Shown piece by piece: positions 54,043-64,000 of a stretch of 64,000 nt of DNA. The first letter of the stretch is position 1. Every line of letters begins with the position of its first letter. A program made the translations under genes and the position numbers. The DNA is from Candidatus Latescibacterota bacterium (GTDB taxonomy: Bacteria > Latescibacterota > UBA2968 > UBA8231). The DNA lies in contig OZ242214.1 of NCBI GenBank assembly GCA_965206595.1, positions 6,080,001-6,144,000 on the forward strand, in the 5' to 3' direction. The notes beneath the pieces are model-generated. The model worked only from the letters and a program-made list of their open reading frames with translations. It ran no database searches and had not been told where the DNA came from.

Positions 54043-54918
54043 ATGAATCGACGCACGCCAAGGAGGCGATTCGGCCAACACTTTCTCGTCGACCCCGAAG
54101 CGGCCAGACGGATCGTCGAACTGGTTCATCCCCGGGAAGGCGACCTCGTGTTGGAAGTGGGACCCGGAACCGGGGCCCTGACGCGGGGCCTCGTCAGGCG
54201 TTTCGACCGCGTCGTCGCCGTGGAAATCGACCGCGACCTAGCTGCCCAGCTCTCCCGGATGGCAGGCGAGGGTTTTGCCTTGGTTAACGAGGATATTCTT
54301 CAGTTCGACTTGGTCGATCTGCTGTGCAGGGAAGGTCGCCGCAAGTTGTGCGTCGTGGGAAACCTCCCGTTCAACATATCGGCGCCGTTCCTGTTCAAAT
54401 TGAGGGAAAACGCACGTCTGGTCTCCTCGGCCGTACTCACGCTGCAGTGCGAGGTCGCACAGCGGCTCACCGCGGATCCCGGATCAAAGATCTACGGAGC
54501 GCTAACCGTGATGCTGCACCTGTGGTGCCACTCCCGCACCGTTCTGCAACTGCCACCGCAGGCGTTCCGGCCCCAGCCCCAAGTACAGTCCTGCGTGCTG
54601 CAGCTGGAGTTCAGCGACCGCCCGCGCCTGGAACTGCTCAGCCAAGGGATGTTCGAAGGACTGGTTCGGGCTGCCTTCGGCCAGCGGCGCAAGATGCTGC
54701 GGAACGCCCTGCAACCATGGTGGTCCTCGCTGGCGGTCGGAGTGGAAACCTCCCTGGTGGAGGTCGCCGAGAACGCCGGCATCGATCTCAGTCTGCGCGC
54801 CGAGTCGCTGGCTCCTTCCGAATTCGCCGCCTTCAGCAACGCCATCAAGAAATGTGTCGACACCGAGGCCGGCGGCGTTGCACAGGACCTTTCGGCATCC
54901 CCGGATGCAACGGGGTGA
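54043..54918 (+). CDS. rsmA: 16S rRNA dimethyltransferase
   Basis: GQHFL, EVGPGTG, GNLPFNI, QRRKML and RAE motifs. Confidence 0.95.
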   Translation: MNRRTPRRRFGQHFLVDPEAARRIVELVHPREGDLVLEVGPGTGALTRGLVRRFDRVVAVEIDRDLAAQLSRMAGEGFALVNEDILQFDLVDLLCREGRRKLCVVGNLPFNISAPFLFKLRENARLVSSAVLTLQCEVAQRLTADPGSKIYGALTVMLHLWCHSRTVLQLPPQAFRPQPQVQSCVLQLEFSDRPRLELLSQGMFEGLVRAAFGQRRKMLRNALQPWWSSLAVGVETSLVEVAENAGIDLSLRAESLAPSEFAAFSNAIKKCVDTEAGGVAQDLSASPDATG

Positions 54919-56858
54919 CCTTGTCTCGCGACCGGATGTACGGGTTTCTTTTCGCCTTTATTCTATTGCTGTCACCCGCAATTTGCGCCGGGGCCGAGAC
55001 CTACAGCCTGGCGTTCAACTCGGCTAGCGGGCGCATGAGCTGGAACCCCTCTTTCCCCGGGTGGACCTACTCGACCCCCGTCGCTTTTTCCGCGGCAGGC
55101 GATTCGACTTCAATGCTGCGCCTGAACGCTTCGGCGTCGCTCAGGGCGAGCGTCTTCCCGCGTGACGGGCGTCAGAACCTGCAGGAAAACGGGAGCCTCA
55201 GGACCTCGGTGAGTTACCCGATCCTCGGGCCCAAGGCGACGATGAACGTCAGCGGTTCGATTTCGAGCAGCAGCGCCGCCCTGGTCAAGCAGAAGAGGAG
55301 AAGCCAGTCGGTCGGCTTCGGTTTCGGGTATCAACCGCTGGTAAAGTCCGACGGGCCCTTCCGCTCGATGCGGGTGAGTCTGACGCCCGGGTTCATCACC
55401 GCTCGCACGGCGAGCCGCGCAAATCTCGACAGTACAATAGAAGAGCGAGGGCTGTCGTACAACGCATCCCTCAACATGTCGCCCGGCTGGGATATTGCGA
55501 AGAAAAAGCTCAACACCTCGTTCAGCCTCACCAAGCGGGACAACACCTTGAAGAACAACAAGAACAGAAACGAGAGTATGAGATTCAGCACGGGGTACAC
55601 CTTTCCGAAGGGCCTAAGGGCGAATTTTTCGGCCGGCGAGAGACGCTCTCAGCGAGGGTTGACGCGTCGGGCCATCCTCGAAGAAAAAGAGGGAGATTTC
55701 GTTTCCAGGGATATCACGGAGCAGGCCGAGCTTTCGGAGACACGGAGCCGGAATTTTTCGACGACCCTCAAGGCAGAGGTCATGGGCTTCGACTTTTCTG
55801 CAGGACAGAGCTGGAGCAGGTCGAAGAACACCAACACCGCCAATGCCGACGAGGATTTGCCCAATCCCTATTTTGCCAAGGACCGCGAGAGCGAAAGGTG
55901 GGAGTACGACGTGAGCGCCAAAGGTGAGTTGCCAGGCAATCTTGTCGGCAGCACGTCAGTGAAGTACCAGACTAGCGACGAGCATCGCCTTCCGGTTACG
56001 CGGAGCAGCGGACTCGTCTTCCGCGACGTCACCGACGACCGCGACGACCGCGACCTGTACCTTCGCGGCTCGCTCGACTGGCAACCCAGCGAGGATCACG
56101 GCATGACTCTTTCCGGGTCGTCGCGGGTGAGCCGCAGCGACAACCCGGGTGAACCGGAACAGGACCGGGACACCTTCAGCAACAGCGCCAGCCTGCGCTA
56201 CCACGGCGGTTTCGACAGCGGCCTGAATCTCAGCGCAAACATCGCCTCGGGAGCCACCCACCGCGTCAACCTGCACTCGAGACGCTCCAGCCAGAACCAG
56301 CGAACCCGCGATCTGAGCTTCAGTGTCAGTCCCAGCTACGAGCGCCTGGAAACCAGGATCAGCCACAACTTTATAATATCCGCCCGGCGGACTACCTTCG
56401 ACTTCGACCGGCAGACCAATCGCAACCTCCTCGCCCGTCGCAGCAGTATCAGCCGCAGGTGGTCGATGGCGCACACCCTGTCGCGCTCGATTATTGACAA
56501 CCTCTCGCTCAACGTAAACTACAGGTACAGCGCCGACGACAGGGGGATTCTGCTCGTCGAAAACTCTTCCCAGATCGTCGAAGAGGACAACGCAGACCAC
56601 AGCGTGGGCGTCGGTACACGGTACAAGCCGAGCAAGGCGTTGTCGATCGGGATGACCTACCGTTATATCCTGGACCGGCAGTGGAAGTCTAGCGGCGAAG
56701 AGCGGGATTTGCGGCGCCGGAATCAACACCGAACCTTTGTCGTATCTGCCGAATTCAACCCCCGCCCCGAAACCAGGATGTCGGCGAGGTTCAGTCGCAC
56801 GCGGCAACTGAGCGGCACCTATGACAGCGTTAACGTTTTAATCAGTCGCCGCGTTTGA
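54915..56858 (+). CDS. Secreted protein of unknown function, probable outer-membrane beta-barrel
   Basis: Signal peptide ([20 protein letters not shown]); S/R/T/Y-rich alternating beta strands throughout. Confidence 0.7.
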   Translation: MTLSRDRMYGFLFAFILLLSPAICAGAETYSLAFNSASGRMSWNPSFPGWTYSTPVAFSAAGDSTSMLRLNASASLRASVFPRDGRQNLQENGSLRTSVSYPILGPKATMNVSGSISSSSAALVKQKRRSQSVGFGFGYQPLVKSDGPFRSMRVSLTPGFITARTASRANLDSTIEERGLSYNASLNMSPGWDIAKKKLNTSFSLTKRDNTLKNNKNRNESMRFSTGYTFPKGLRANFSAGERRSQRGLTRRAILEEKEGDFVSRDITEQAELSETRSRNFSTTLKAEVMGFDFSAGQSWSRSKNTNTANADEDLPNPYFAKDRESERWEYDVSAKGELPGNLVGSTSVKYQTSDEHRLPVTRSSGLVFRDVTDDRDDRDLYLRGSLDWQPSEDHGMTLSGSSRVSRSDNPGEPEQDRDTFSNSASLRYHGGFDSGLNLSANIASGATHRVNLHSRRSSQNQRTRDLSFSVSPSYERLETRISHNFIISARRTTFDFDRQTNRNLLARRSSISRRWSMAHTLSRSIIDNLSLNVNYRYSADDRGILLVENSSQIVEEDNADHSVGVGTRYKPSKALSIGMTYRYILDRQWKSSGEERDLRRRNQHRTFVVSAEFNPRPETRMSARFSRTRQLSGTYDSVNVLISRRV

Positions 56859-56889
56859 GGCGCCGACACGAAACCTTGGAGCTCGAATG

Positions 56890-57813
56890 ATGCCGGAAAT
56901 GCCGAAATCCGAGTTTATTTGGATGAACGGCGAGTGGGTCCCCTGGGACGATGCCAACATCCACGTCCTCTCCCATGTCGTTCATTACGGATCCAGCGTT
57001 TTCGAGGGAATCCGCTGTTACGCGACCCGAAGGGGGGCGGCTGTATTTCGCCTGCAGGACCATGTCGATCGCCTCTACGACTCGGCCAAGATCTACCGCA
57101 TGGAGATCCCATACACACGCGAGGAGTTCTGCGAGGCGATCCTGGAAACCATTCGACGGAACAGGCTCGACGCCTGCTACATCAGGCCCATCGTCTATCG
57201 CGGTTACAGCTCGCTCGGAGTCGATCCCTCAACCTGTCCTGTAGACTCGGTGATCGCGGTCTGGGAGTGGGGAGAGTACCTGGGAGAGGAAGCCCTGGCC
57301 AAGGGGGTTTCGGTCTGCACCTCCTCCTGGAGCCGCGTGGGGCCGAACACCTTTCCCTTTCTCGCCAAGGCGGGCGGCAACTACCTGAACTCGCAGCTGG
57401 TGCGCATGGAGGCGAACGCGAACGGCTACGACGAGGGTATCGTGCTCGGCCCCGACGGCCTGGTCAGCGAGGGCAGCGGCGAGAACATCTTCGCGGTCCG
57501 CAACGGTCGCATCTACACGCCGGCCTCCAGCTACTCGATCCTTCCCGGGATCACCAGGCACACGGCGATCGCCATGGCGCGCGACCTCGGAATGCAGGTG
57601 GAGGAGCGGGGGATACCGCGGGAATTCCTGTACATCGCCGACGAGGTGTTTTTTACCGGAACGGCGGCGGAGATCTCGCCCATACGGGCCGTGGATAAAG
57701 TGGAAATCGGCGACGGTCGATGCGGCCCGATTACGAAAAAGCTGCAGGATCTGTTTTTCGAGACTGTCAACGCCAGGACCGAGGATCGCCACCAGTGGCT
57801 GACATTCGTGTAG
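56890..57813 (+). CDS. ilvE: Branched-chain amino acid aminotransferase
   Basis: [32 protein letters not shown] and TGTAAE motifs. Confidence 0.96.
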   Translation: MPEMPKSEFIWMNGEWVPWDDANIHVLSHVVHYGSSVFEGIRCYATRRGAAVFRLQDHVDRLYDSAKIYRMEIPYTREEFCEAILETIRRNRLDACYIRPIVYRGYSSLGVDPSTCPVDSVIAVWEWGEYLGEEALAKGVSVCTSSWSRVGPNTFPFLAKAGGNYLNSQLVRMEANANGYDEGIVLGPDGLVSEGSGENIFAVRNGRIYTPASSYSILPGITRHTAIAMARDLGMQVEERGIPREFLYIADEVFFTGTAAEISPIRAVDKVEIGDGRCGPITKKLQDLFFETVNARTEDRHQWLTFV

Positions 57814-57891
57814 AAAGAGAGCAGAACCTATCTCAAAATAGGCAAACTTAAACTTGTTTTCGAAATGACAGTGATGTATCATTGGTGTATG

Positions 57892-59548
57892 CCTGAATCC
57901 GTGAAGTCGAGGGCCTGATTTTTGGTTGCTTTCCGAGGGGAATCCAGGGTATAGTAGAGCAGGATTTGGACTCACCTTGGAGGTGAAGAATTGAGACCAG
58001 TTTCGTTTCACATTACGCAGGGCGAAGAAGCGCTGACGTCGCATTCGGGTTTGGCCTTGATGGGACGCCCGCGCTTGGCAGCGCGGGCCGATGAGATCAT
58101 CTTGCCGGAGCGCCCTCAGCCCGAGGTTTCTCACGGCGACGTGATGGCGTCGATGGTCGGTTTGCTGGCGCTGGGCAAGCCGGATTTCGAGGCCGTGGAA
58201 GCGTTTCGTGCGGATCCCTTTTTCTGCCAGGCGCTGGGCTTGGATACGGTGCCGTCGGCGGCCACCCTGCGGCAGCGGCTCGATGGCTTGGCCGGACCGG
58301 TGGAAGCCGCGATTCGAGAAGAGTCGGCCGACATGGTGGCCCGTCACGCGCCGCCGATGGTGGCCCTGTTACGAAGTCGCCGACGGGCGCTACGGTCCCT
58401 GGATCGCGCTCGATATCGACGTGTCGGTGTTCGACAACTCCCACACCAAAAAACAAGGGGTGTCGTGGACCTACAAGAAGGTCGACGGTTTTGCCCCGAT
58501 CTTCGCCTACCTGGGCCAGGAAGGGTATCTGATCAACTGCCAGCTGCGGCAGGGCAGCCAGCACTCCCAGGAAGGAGCCCCGGACTTTCTTCGAGACACG
58601 CTGCGGCTGGCGCGCCGTATCACCGGCGAAAAGCTGCTGGTGCGCATGGACAGCGCCCATGACGACCTCGCCACCGTACGGCAGTTGCGGCGCACGCCCA
58701 AGACCGACTTCATCGTCAAGCGCAACCTGCGCCGCGAATCGAAGCAGACCTGGCTGGAAAACGCCCAGGCCTTGGGCACGTGCACCTGTCCGCGAGCCGG
58801 CAAAGAGGTCTTCACCGGCTCGCTGAGGAGCGACAGGGGGTCTTCGAACGGGTGGTTTACGAGGTCGTGCGGCGCACGATCAGCGCCGAGGGTCAGGCGC
58901 TGCTGATCCCCGAGATCGAGGTGCAGACCTGGTGGTCGAACCTGGAGGCGCCACCCGAAGACGTGATCCGGCTCTACCGCGAGCACAGCACCTGCGAGCA
59001 ATTCCACGCCGAGCTGAAGACGGACAGGGACCTCGAACGCCTGCCGTCGGGCAAGTTCGCCACCAACGCCTTGGTGCTGCTGTTGGCCATGATGGCCTAC
59101 AACGCCCTGCGCCTGTGCGGCCAGACCAGCCTGCGCGAGGAGCGCCGTCTGCCTGCCGAAAAGCACGTGACTTTTCGTAAAAAGGCCGGCCGTCGGCGGC
59201 TCCGCAGTGTCATTCCGGACCTCATGTATCAGGCCGCCCGCTGGGTCCGGCATGGGCGCCGTTTCGGGCTCAGCTTCGGGTATTTCAACCCCTGGTTCGA
59301 TGTCTGGAGACGGACCTACCTGCAGAGTGTGTGCCTGAAGGCGACGACTTCCCCCGCCTTCGACTCCCCGGAGCACTCAAGGCAGGCGTAGGCCCGCTCT
59401 TGCGACTCCTATCGACTTGGAGAGCCATCGACAGCCCAATCCGCCGTAATGGCCTGTCGCTGACACCCAAATCCCCTGTTGACAAGTACATGACGCAGCT
59501 TAAATATCAAATTTGATCACCCGCTATAGAAGCGATCACGGATTCAGG
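57892..59548 (+). mobile_element. IS1380-family element A; transposase 57991-59391 with two frameshifts
   Basis: IRs CCTGAATCCGTGA/TCACGGATTCAGG; 5-bp TSD GTATG; TSHSGL, DID, RMDS and EQFHAELK motifs. Confidence 0.92.
59479..59507 (+). promoter_or_regulatory. Outward-facing promoter-like sequence at the right end of IS1380-A
   Basis: TTGACA 59479-59484, then TAAATAT at 59501. Confidence 0.45.
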
Positions 59549-60342
59549 GTATGGTCAATCTGACCGACATGCAATGGCAACGAATCCGCCATCACTTTCC
59601 TGAAGAACTTCGTCCCAAGAGCCATCCGGGTCGCAAACCGGTTTGCACCCGTGATGTTTTTGAAGCCGTCCTTTGGATTCTAAACACCGGGGCTCAATGG
59701 CCTATGTTGCCGCCGTGCTATCCGAACTACAAAACCGTGCATCGCCGTTTTCAAAACGGGTGTCGTCAAGGGGTGGTGCGCGAAGTTCTCATGGACCTGG
59801 CCCAGACCCTTCACGAGCAAGGGGGCCTGGACGAATCGGAGGCTTTCATCGACGGCATGTTCTCGGCGGCCAAGGGTGGAGGTGCCGATATCGGCCACAC
59901 CAAGCGAGGTAAGGGGGTGCGGGTCATGGGGATCGTGGACGGCAATGGGCTTCCCTTGTCGGTGAGCACGCATGCAGCGAACCATCATGAAGTGACGCTG
60001 GTTCAGTTGACCTTTGACTTTTACCTGATCGAAGACCAACCTGACAACTTGATCGGTGACAAGGCGTACGACAGCGATTCGTTGGATGAAGAACGTAAGA
60101 AAGACGGGATCGAGATGATCGCCTCGCATCGCCAGAATCGGACCAAGAAAAAGACTCAGGACGGACGGCGATTGCGGCGTTATGTGCGGCGTTGGATGGT
60201 TGAGAGATTCTTTGCTTGGCTTCAATGGCAGCGTCGAGTGATCACTCGCTGGGAAATTGTATCCGGAGAATTTTCTTGGCTTCGTCCAACTTGCATCCAT
60301 TTTGATTTTACTTAAACAATCTCAATTTTGAGATAGGTTCAG

Positions 60343-62202
60343 CCCTTGTTATTCATGGAATTTTAGTGGAGAGGGCTGTACTGGGTGCCTCCCATGCTTA
60401 GATTTCAGAGGGAAACACAAGGCAGTATCGCCCTTTGAACCCATCACACAGTAGGACACCCAATGGGTGAATTACCGTCACACACCGAGTCCGAGCAAGC
60501 CGGGCCGATTCAGCCGTCTTTCAACCGCTCCATCCACATCGAAGCCCGCCCCACCCACCTTGGCAGCGACACCGGTGCGCTGATGTTGCGTCAACTGCTC
60601 GAACACAGCCGGGTTCTGGATTGGGTCGACGCCCACTTCGAGGATCTCCGTACCCAAGACCAGATCACGCACCCGCTGCCGGAGCTGCTGCGCACACAGA
60701 TCGTGCTGCTGGCACAGGGCTGGACCCACGCCGCCGACGCCGACGCGTTGCGCCAAGATCCGATCCTGCGTCTGGCGGTCAGCGATCGCAAAGGGCAGGC
60801 GCCGTTGCGCAGCGGCGACGAAGACCGGCCGCAGGGACTGGCCAGTCAGCCGACGCTGTCGCGCCTGCTCGAGCAAGCCTCGACTGCCTATAACCGCGAG
60901 GTGTTGGAGGAAGCCGTCCTGCGCAGCGCCCGGTCTCGTTGCCGGCTGCTGGAAGGACGGATGAAATACGAGGAGTTGGCCGTCGACATGGATGCCCTGC
61001 CGATGCCGGCGCACGGGCACCAGGCGGGGGTCGAATACAACGGCTACTTCCACGCCTCGGGGTACCATCCCCTGCTCCTCGGCTCGGCGCAGACGGGCGA
61101 TTTCTTCGGTGCCGTGCTGCGGCCGGGCAACGTGCACGCCCATGAGGGCGCCTCAGAGGCTCTCGGCAAGCGCTTGGACTGGATTCAGTCGCATCTGGCC
61201 CGGCGCCTCATCCTGCGCTTCGACGCGGCCTCGGTGAGCGGGTCTTTCCTGAGTGAGCTGGAAGCGCGGGCCGACACCTCGTACGTGGCGCGCATCAAGA
61301 AGAATGCGCGCCTGGAGGAGCTGGCTCGTGCCTGGGTGGAAGGCTATCAGCAGGAGCTGGCGCAGCACCCGGAAGAGCTGCGGGAAGAGGGTTTTCGCTG
61401 TCGCGAGCTGCGCTATCAAGCCAGGTCCTGGGCGCAGCCCCGGCGGGTGGTGTTGGTCCTGGTCCCTTCCGAGACGGAAGAGCTGCCCATCGCCCGCCAC
61501 TTCTTCCTGATCACCGACCAGAGTCCCCAGACGATGAGCGGCCGCGACCTGGTCGCCTTTTATCGTCAGCGCGGCCTTTTCGAGCGCATGCTCGGCGAGT
61601 TGAGCTCCACCCTCCAGCCTCAGCTCTCCTCTACCACCCGTCGCAAGCAACACTACCGGGGTCGAGAGCCGCGTCAGCGCACCCCGTCCCGGGATGCCTT
61701 CGCTGCCAACCAGGCGCTTCTGACCTTGAACCTGCTGGCCTACAACCTGCTTCACCTGGGCCGCCAGGCCGCCGAACGCGCCGAGGCCCGACGCGGGCGG
61801 CCCCGCACATACGGACGCTCGACGACGGCCCTGAGCCTGGACAGTTTTCGACGGCGCTACCTGCGCCTGCCGTCCCGCGTCACCTTGCATGGGCGCAGGG
61901 TGGGCGTCATCCTGACCCAAGGGACGGCGGCTGCCTGGGATCGTCTGTGGAGATTTCTGGCCACGCTCAAACCGGTGGACGCGGCGATGGCGTAAGCGCA
62001 GGCCGGGTCGGTCGGGATGATGGGCTCGCAAAGGCAAGCGTCTTCGAGAAGGCGCGTACAATTTCAACAAGGTCGGTAGAGATAAGGAGACGGCTCTACC
62101 CAAAAAGCCGACTATAGAAGGGACGCAAGCCTCTGAGGCTAAGCAAAGGGGTCTCGGAAGCGCCTATGTCCGCTTATGCGCGGGTTGAATGAATAACAAA
62201 GG
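60343..62202 (+). mobile_element. IS1380-family element B, complete
   Basis: IRs CCCTTGTTATTCAT/ATGAATAACAAAGG; 5-bp TSD TTCAG at 60338-60342 and 62203-62207. Confidence 0.92.
60463..61995 (+). CDS. IS1380-family transposase
   Basis: SDTGAL, LASQPTLSR, DMD, HGHQ, YNG, LRPGN, RFDA and YRQRG motifs. Confidence 0.92.
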   Translation: MGELPSHTESEQAGPIQPSFNRSIHIEARPTHLGSDTGALMLRQLLEHSRVLDWVDAHFEDLRTQDQITHPLPELLRTQIVLLAQGWTHAADADALRQDPILRLAVSDRKGQAPLRSGDEDRPQGLASQPTLSRLLEQASTAYNREVLEEAVLRSARSRCRLLEGRMKYEELAVDMDALPMPAHGHQAGVEYNGYFHASGYHPLLLGSAQTGDFFGAVLRPGNVHAHEGASEALGKRLDWIQSHLARRLILRFDAASVSGSFLSELEARADTSYVARIKKNARLEELARAWVEGYQQELAQHPEELREEGFRCRELRYQARSWAQPRRVVLVLVPSETEELPIARHFFLITDQSPQTMSGRDLVAFYRQRGLFERMLGELSSTLQPQLSSTTRRKQHYRGREPRQRTPSRDAFAANQALLTLNLLAYNLLHLGRQAAERAEARRGRPRTYGRSTTALSLDSFRRRYLRLPSRVTLHGRRVGVILTQGTAAAWDRLWRFLATLKPVDAAMA

Positions 62203-62211
62203 TTCAGAGCA

Positions 62212-64000
62212 GTGAGAACCCGCGTGAATCCGGCGGTGTTCCCTCTCCTCACGGCGCTGATCGCGTCCCCAGCGGTCTTCGGAGACGAGTGGGAGGAGGT
62301 GCAACGGATCCTTGCAGGCACCCGGGATATCGTCGTCCTCGACGGTGTGGAAACGGCTCCGGTGCGCTACACGGCCACCGGGGAACCGGAGTACGGGGAC
62401 TGGCTGGTGCGCCATTTCCTGTCGGATCCGGAAAGCTTCAACCCGTACACATCGAGCGATGCCGGCGCCTCCAGCGTGAGGGACTACATCTTCGAATCGC
62501 TGCTGTTGCCAGGGCGGGAACCGCCTTACGCACTCGAAGGACTGATCGCGGAAAGGTACCCCGAAGTCGGCGGCGATCACCTGAAGTACACCTTCGATAT
62601 CCGCGAGGGGGTCCATTTTTCCGACGGAAAACCGCTGACTGTCGCCGACGTCCTCTTCAGCATGAAGGTGATCCAGCATCCAGAGGTGCTGGCGCCCCAT
62701 CTGCGAAACTACTACGCCTCGGTCAGCGACGTTCGTGTCGAGGGAGAATCTCGCATTTCCTTCTTCTGCAAGGAACCGTATTTCCGCAACGACCTGATGT
62801 TGGGAAGTTTCAGCATCATCCCCAAGCACTTCTACGATTCTGATGGCCTTCTCGATCAGGTCTCCATCAGCAGCCTGATAGACGGAACCTGGGAACAGGG
62901 TGAGTACGCCGGGGAGGCGCGGGCGTTTGCCCGGGGCTTCAACCGGGACTTCAACCGCGCGGTGCTCGGGTCCGGGCCCTACCTCGTAGAGGACTTCGAG
63001 CGCGACGTCGTCACCCAGCAGAAGGTCGTTCTAACACGCAACCGAAACTACTGGGCCCGGGACATGGGAATCGTTCCGGCATCCGGGTTTGTCGAAAGAA
63101 TCGTCTTCAAGGTCATCAACAACACCGATGCAGCTTTCATCGAGCTGGCCAACGGCAACCTCGACATGTACGGTCTGCGGCCCCTGGAGTTCAAGGAGAA
63201 GAGCTGGACTCCGGAGTTCCGGCAGCGGTTCATGAAGGTCATCCAGTACGGAGGTGGCTTCACCTACATCGGGTGGAACAACGCTCACCCCCTGTTTCGC
63301 GACAGCCGGGTGCGCCAGGCAATGAGCTTGCTAACCGACCGCCAAGGCATGATCGACAACCTGCTGTTCGGCCTTGGGGAGCCGGTGGCAGGACCCATCC
63401 ACAAGTTTCGTCCCGAGTACAATCACGACCTCGAGTTCTACCCGTATGATCCCGAGCGCGCACTCGATTTGCTGGAGGGGGCCGGCTGGGAGGATGCGGA
63501 TGACGACGGCATCCTCGACAAGGTGATCGACGGCGAGAGGGTGCCGTTCGAATTCGAATTCCTCGTCAACTCGGGTAACCAGATTCGCAAGGACATCGCC
63601 CTGATCATGCAAAGCGAGCTGCAGGATATCGGCATCGACTGCCAGGTTCGCGAGCTCGACTGGTCGATTTTCCTGCAACGTGTCCGCAGCCGCGATTTCG
63701 CCGCGATGACGCTGGGGTGGACGGGGTACGTGCGCTTTCCACCTGACGGGTACCAGGTCTGGCACTCCTCCCAGGTCGATAGCGGCTCAAACTATATCGG
63801 ATTCATCAACGCCGAAGTGGATGACATACTCGAGTCCTACCGGCGCGAGTTCGACCCCGCAAGGCGCATAGTGCTGTATCACCGCTTCCAGGAGATCCTG
63901 CATGAAGAACAGCCGTATACGTTCCTGTGGAAGGGAAGGAACGCACTGGCGTACAGCCGCCGTTACCAAGGCGTCAACTGGTACCCGGGAGGGGACCGCT
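62212..64000 (+). CDS. Peptide ABC transporter substrate-binding protein (family 5), runs off the window
   Basis: Continuous frame from GTG 62212: signal peptide, FSDGKPLTVADV, GSGPY, DSRVRQA, AGWEDADDDG. Confidence 0.88.
   Translation, partial: MRTRVNPAVFPLLTALIASPAVFGDEWEEVQRILAGTRDIVVLDGVETAPVRYTATGEPEYGDWLVRHFLSDPESFNPYTSSDAGASSVRDYIFESLLLPGREPPYALEGLIAERYPEVGGDHLKYTFDIREGVHFSDGKPLTVADVLFSMKVIQHPEVLAPHLRNYYASVSDVRVEGESRISFFCKEPYFRNDLMLGSFSIIPKHFYDSDGLLDQVSISSLIDGTWEQGEYAGEARAFARGFNRDFNRAVLGSGPYLVEDFERDVVTQQKVVLTRNRNYWARDMGIVPASGFVERIVFKVINNTDAAFIELANGNLDMYGLRPLEFKEKSWTPEFRQRFMKVIQYGGGFTYIGWNNAHPLFRDSRVRQAMSLLTDRQGMIDNLLFGLGEPVAGPIHKFRPEYNHDLEFYPYDPERALDLLEGAGWEDADDDGILDKVIDGERVPFEFEFLVNSGNQIRKDIALIMQSELQDIGIDCQVRELDWSIFLQRVRSRDFAAMTLGWTGYVRFPPDGYQVWHSSQVDSGSNYIGFINAEVDDILESYRREFDPARRIVLYHRFQEILHEEQPYTFLWKGRNALAYSRRYQGVNWYPGGDR

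Larger units (their letters stand above)
57824..60340 (+). mobile_element. IS5-family element, copy 2, interrupted by IS1380; transposase from 59551 with a +1 frameshift near 60255
   Basis: Same IRs and near-identical sequence to 35705-36558; GGGAAATT versus GGGAATT in copy 1. Confidence 0.92.

Noticed and set aside
54324-54914. N-terminal extension of the 844-aa ORF
   Set aside because: Overlaps rsmA in another frame; the signal peptide starts after 54915

Overview
A 64 kb GC-rich bacterial chromosomal window, mostly housekeeping and metabolic genes (gltX, glnS, dapL, nadA, xylA, murB, murD, cysH, argC, an EF-G paralogue, yebC-ruvCAB-tsaB-rimI, holB, rsmA, ilvE) around one complete rRNA operon (16S-tRNA-Ile-23S-5S). 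The rRNAs deviate at normally conserved sites, which suggests a poorly sampled lineage (FCB-related, e.g. Latescibacterota-like; this is inference only). There are three accessory zones. (1) 1.1-2.75 kb: the convergent gltX/glnS stop-codon junction is repeated, and the copies separate two inserts of scrambled toxin-antitoxin DNA, including one antitoxin gene split into two halves in swapped order. This is the most unusual structure in the window. (2) 29.6-38.0 kb: IS481, then a dead group II intron hit by IS256 (twice) and IS5, followed by IS3. (3) 57.8-62.2 kb: an IS5 copy with two different IS1380 elements inserted near its two ends. Other candidates for follow-up: an RHH-like gene coupled to nadA, a paired ABC exporter plus DUF1854 module with no cyanophycin synthetase nearby, a glycogenin-like GT8 next to the rRNA operon, and an apparent GC trough in core genes centred on the rRNA operon. 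All calls were made by eye; no searches were run.
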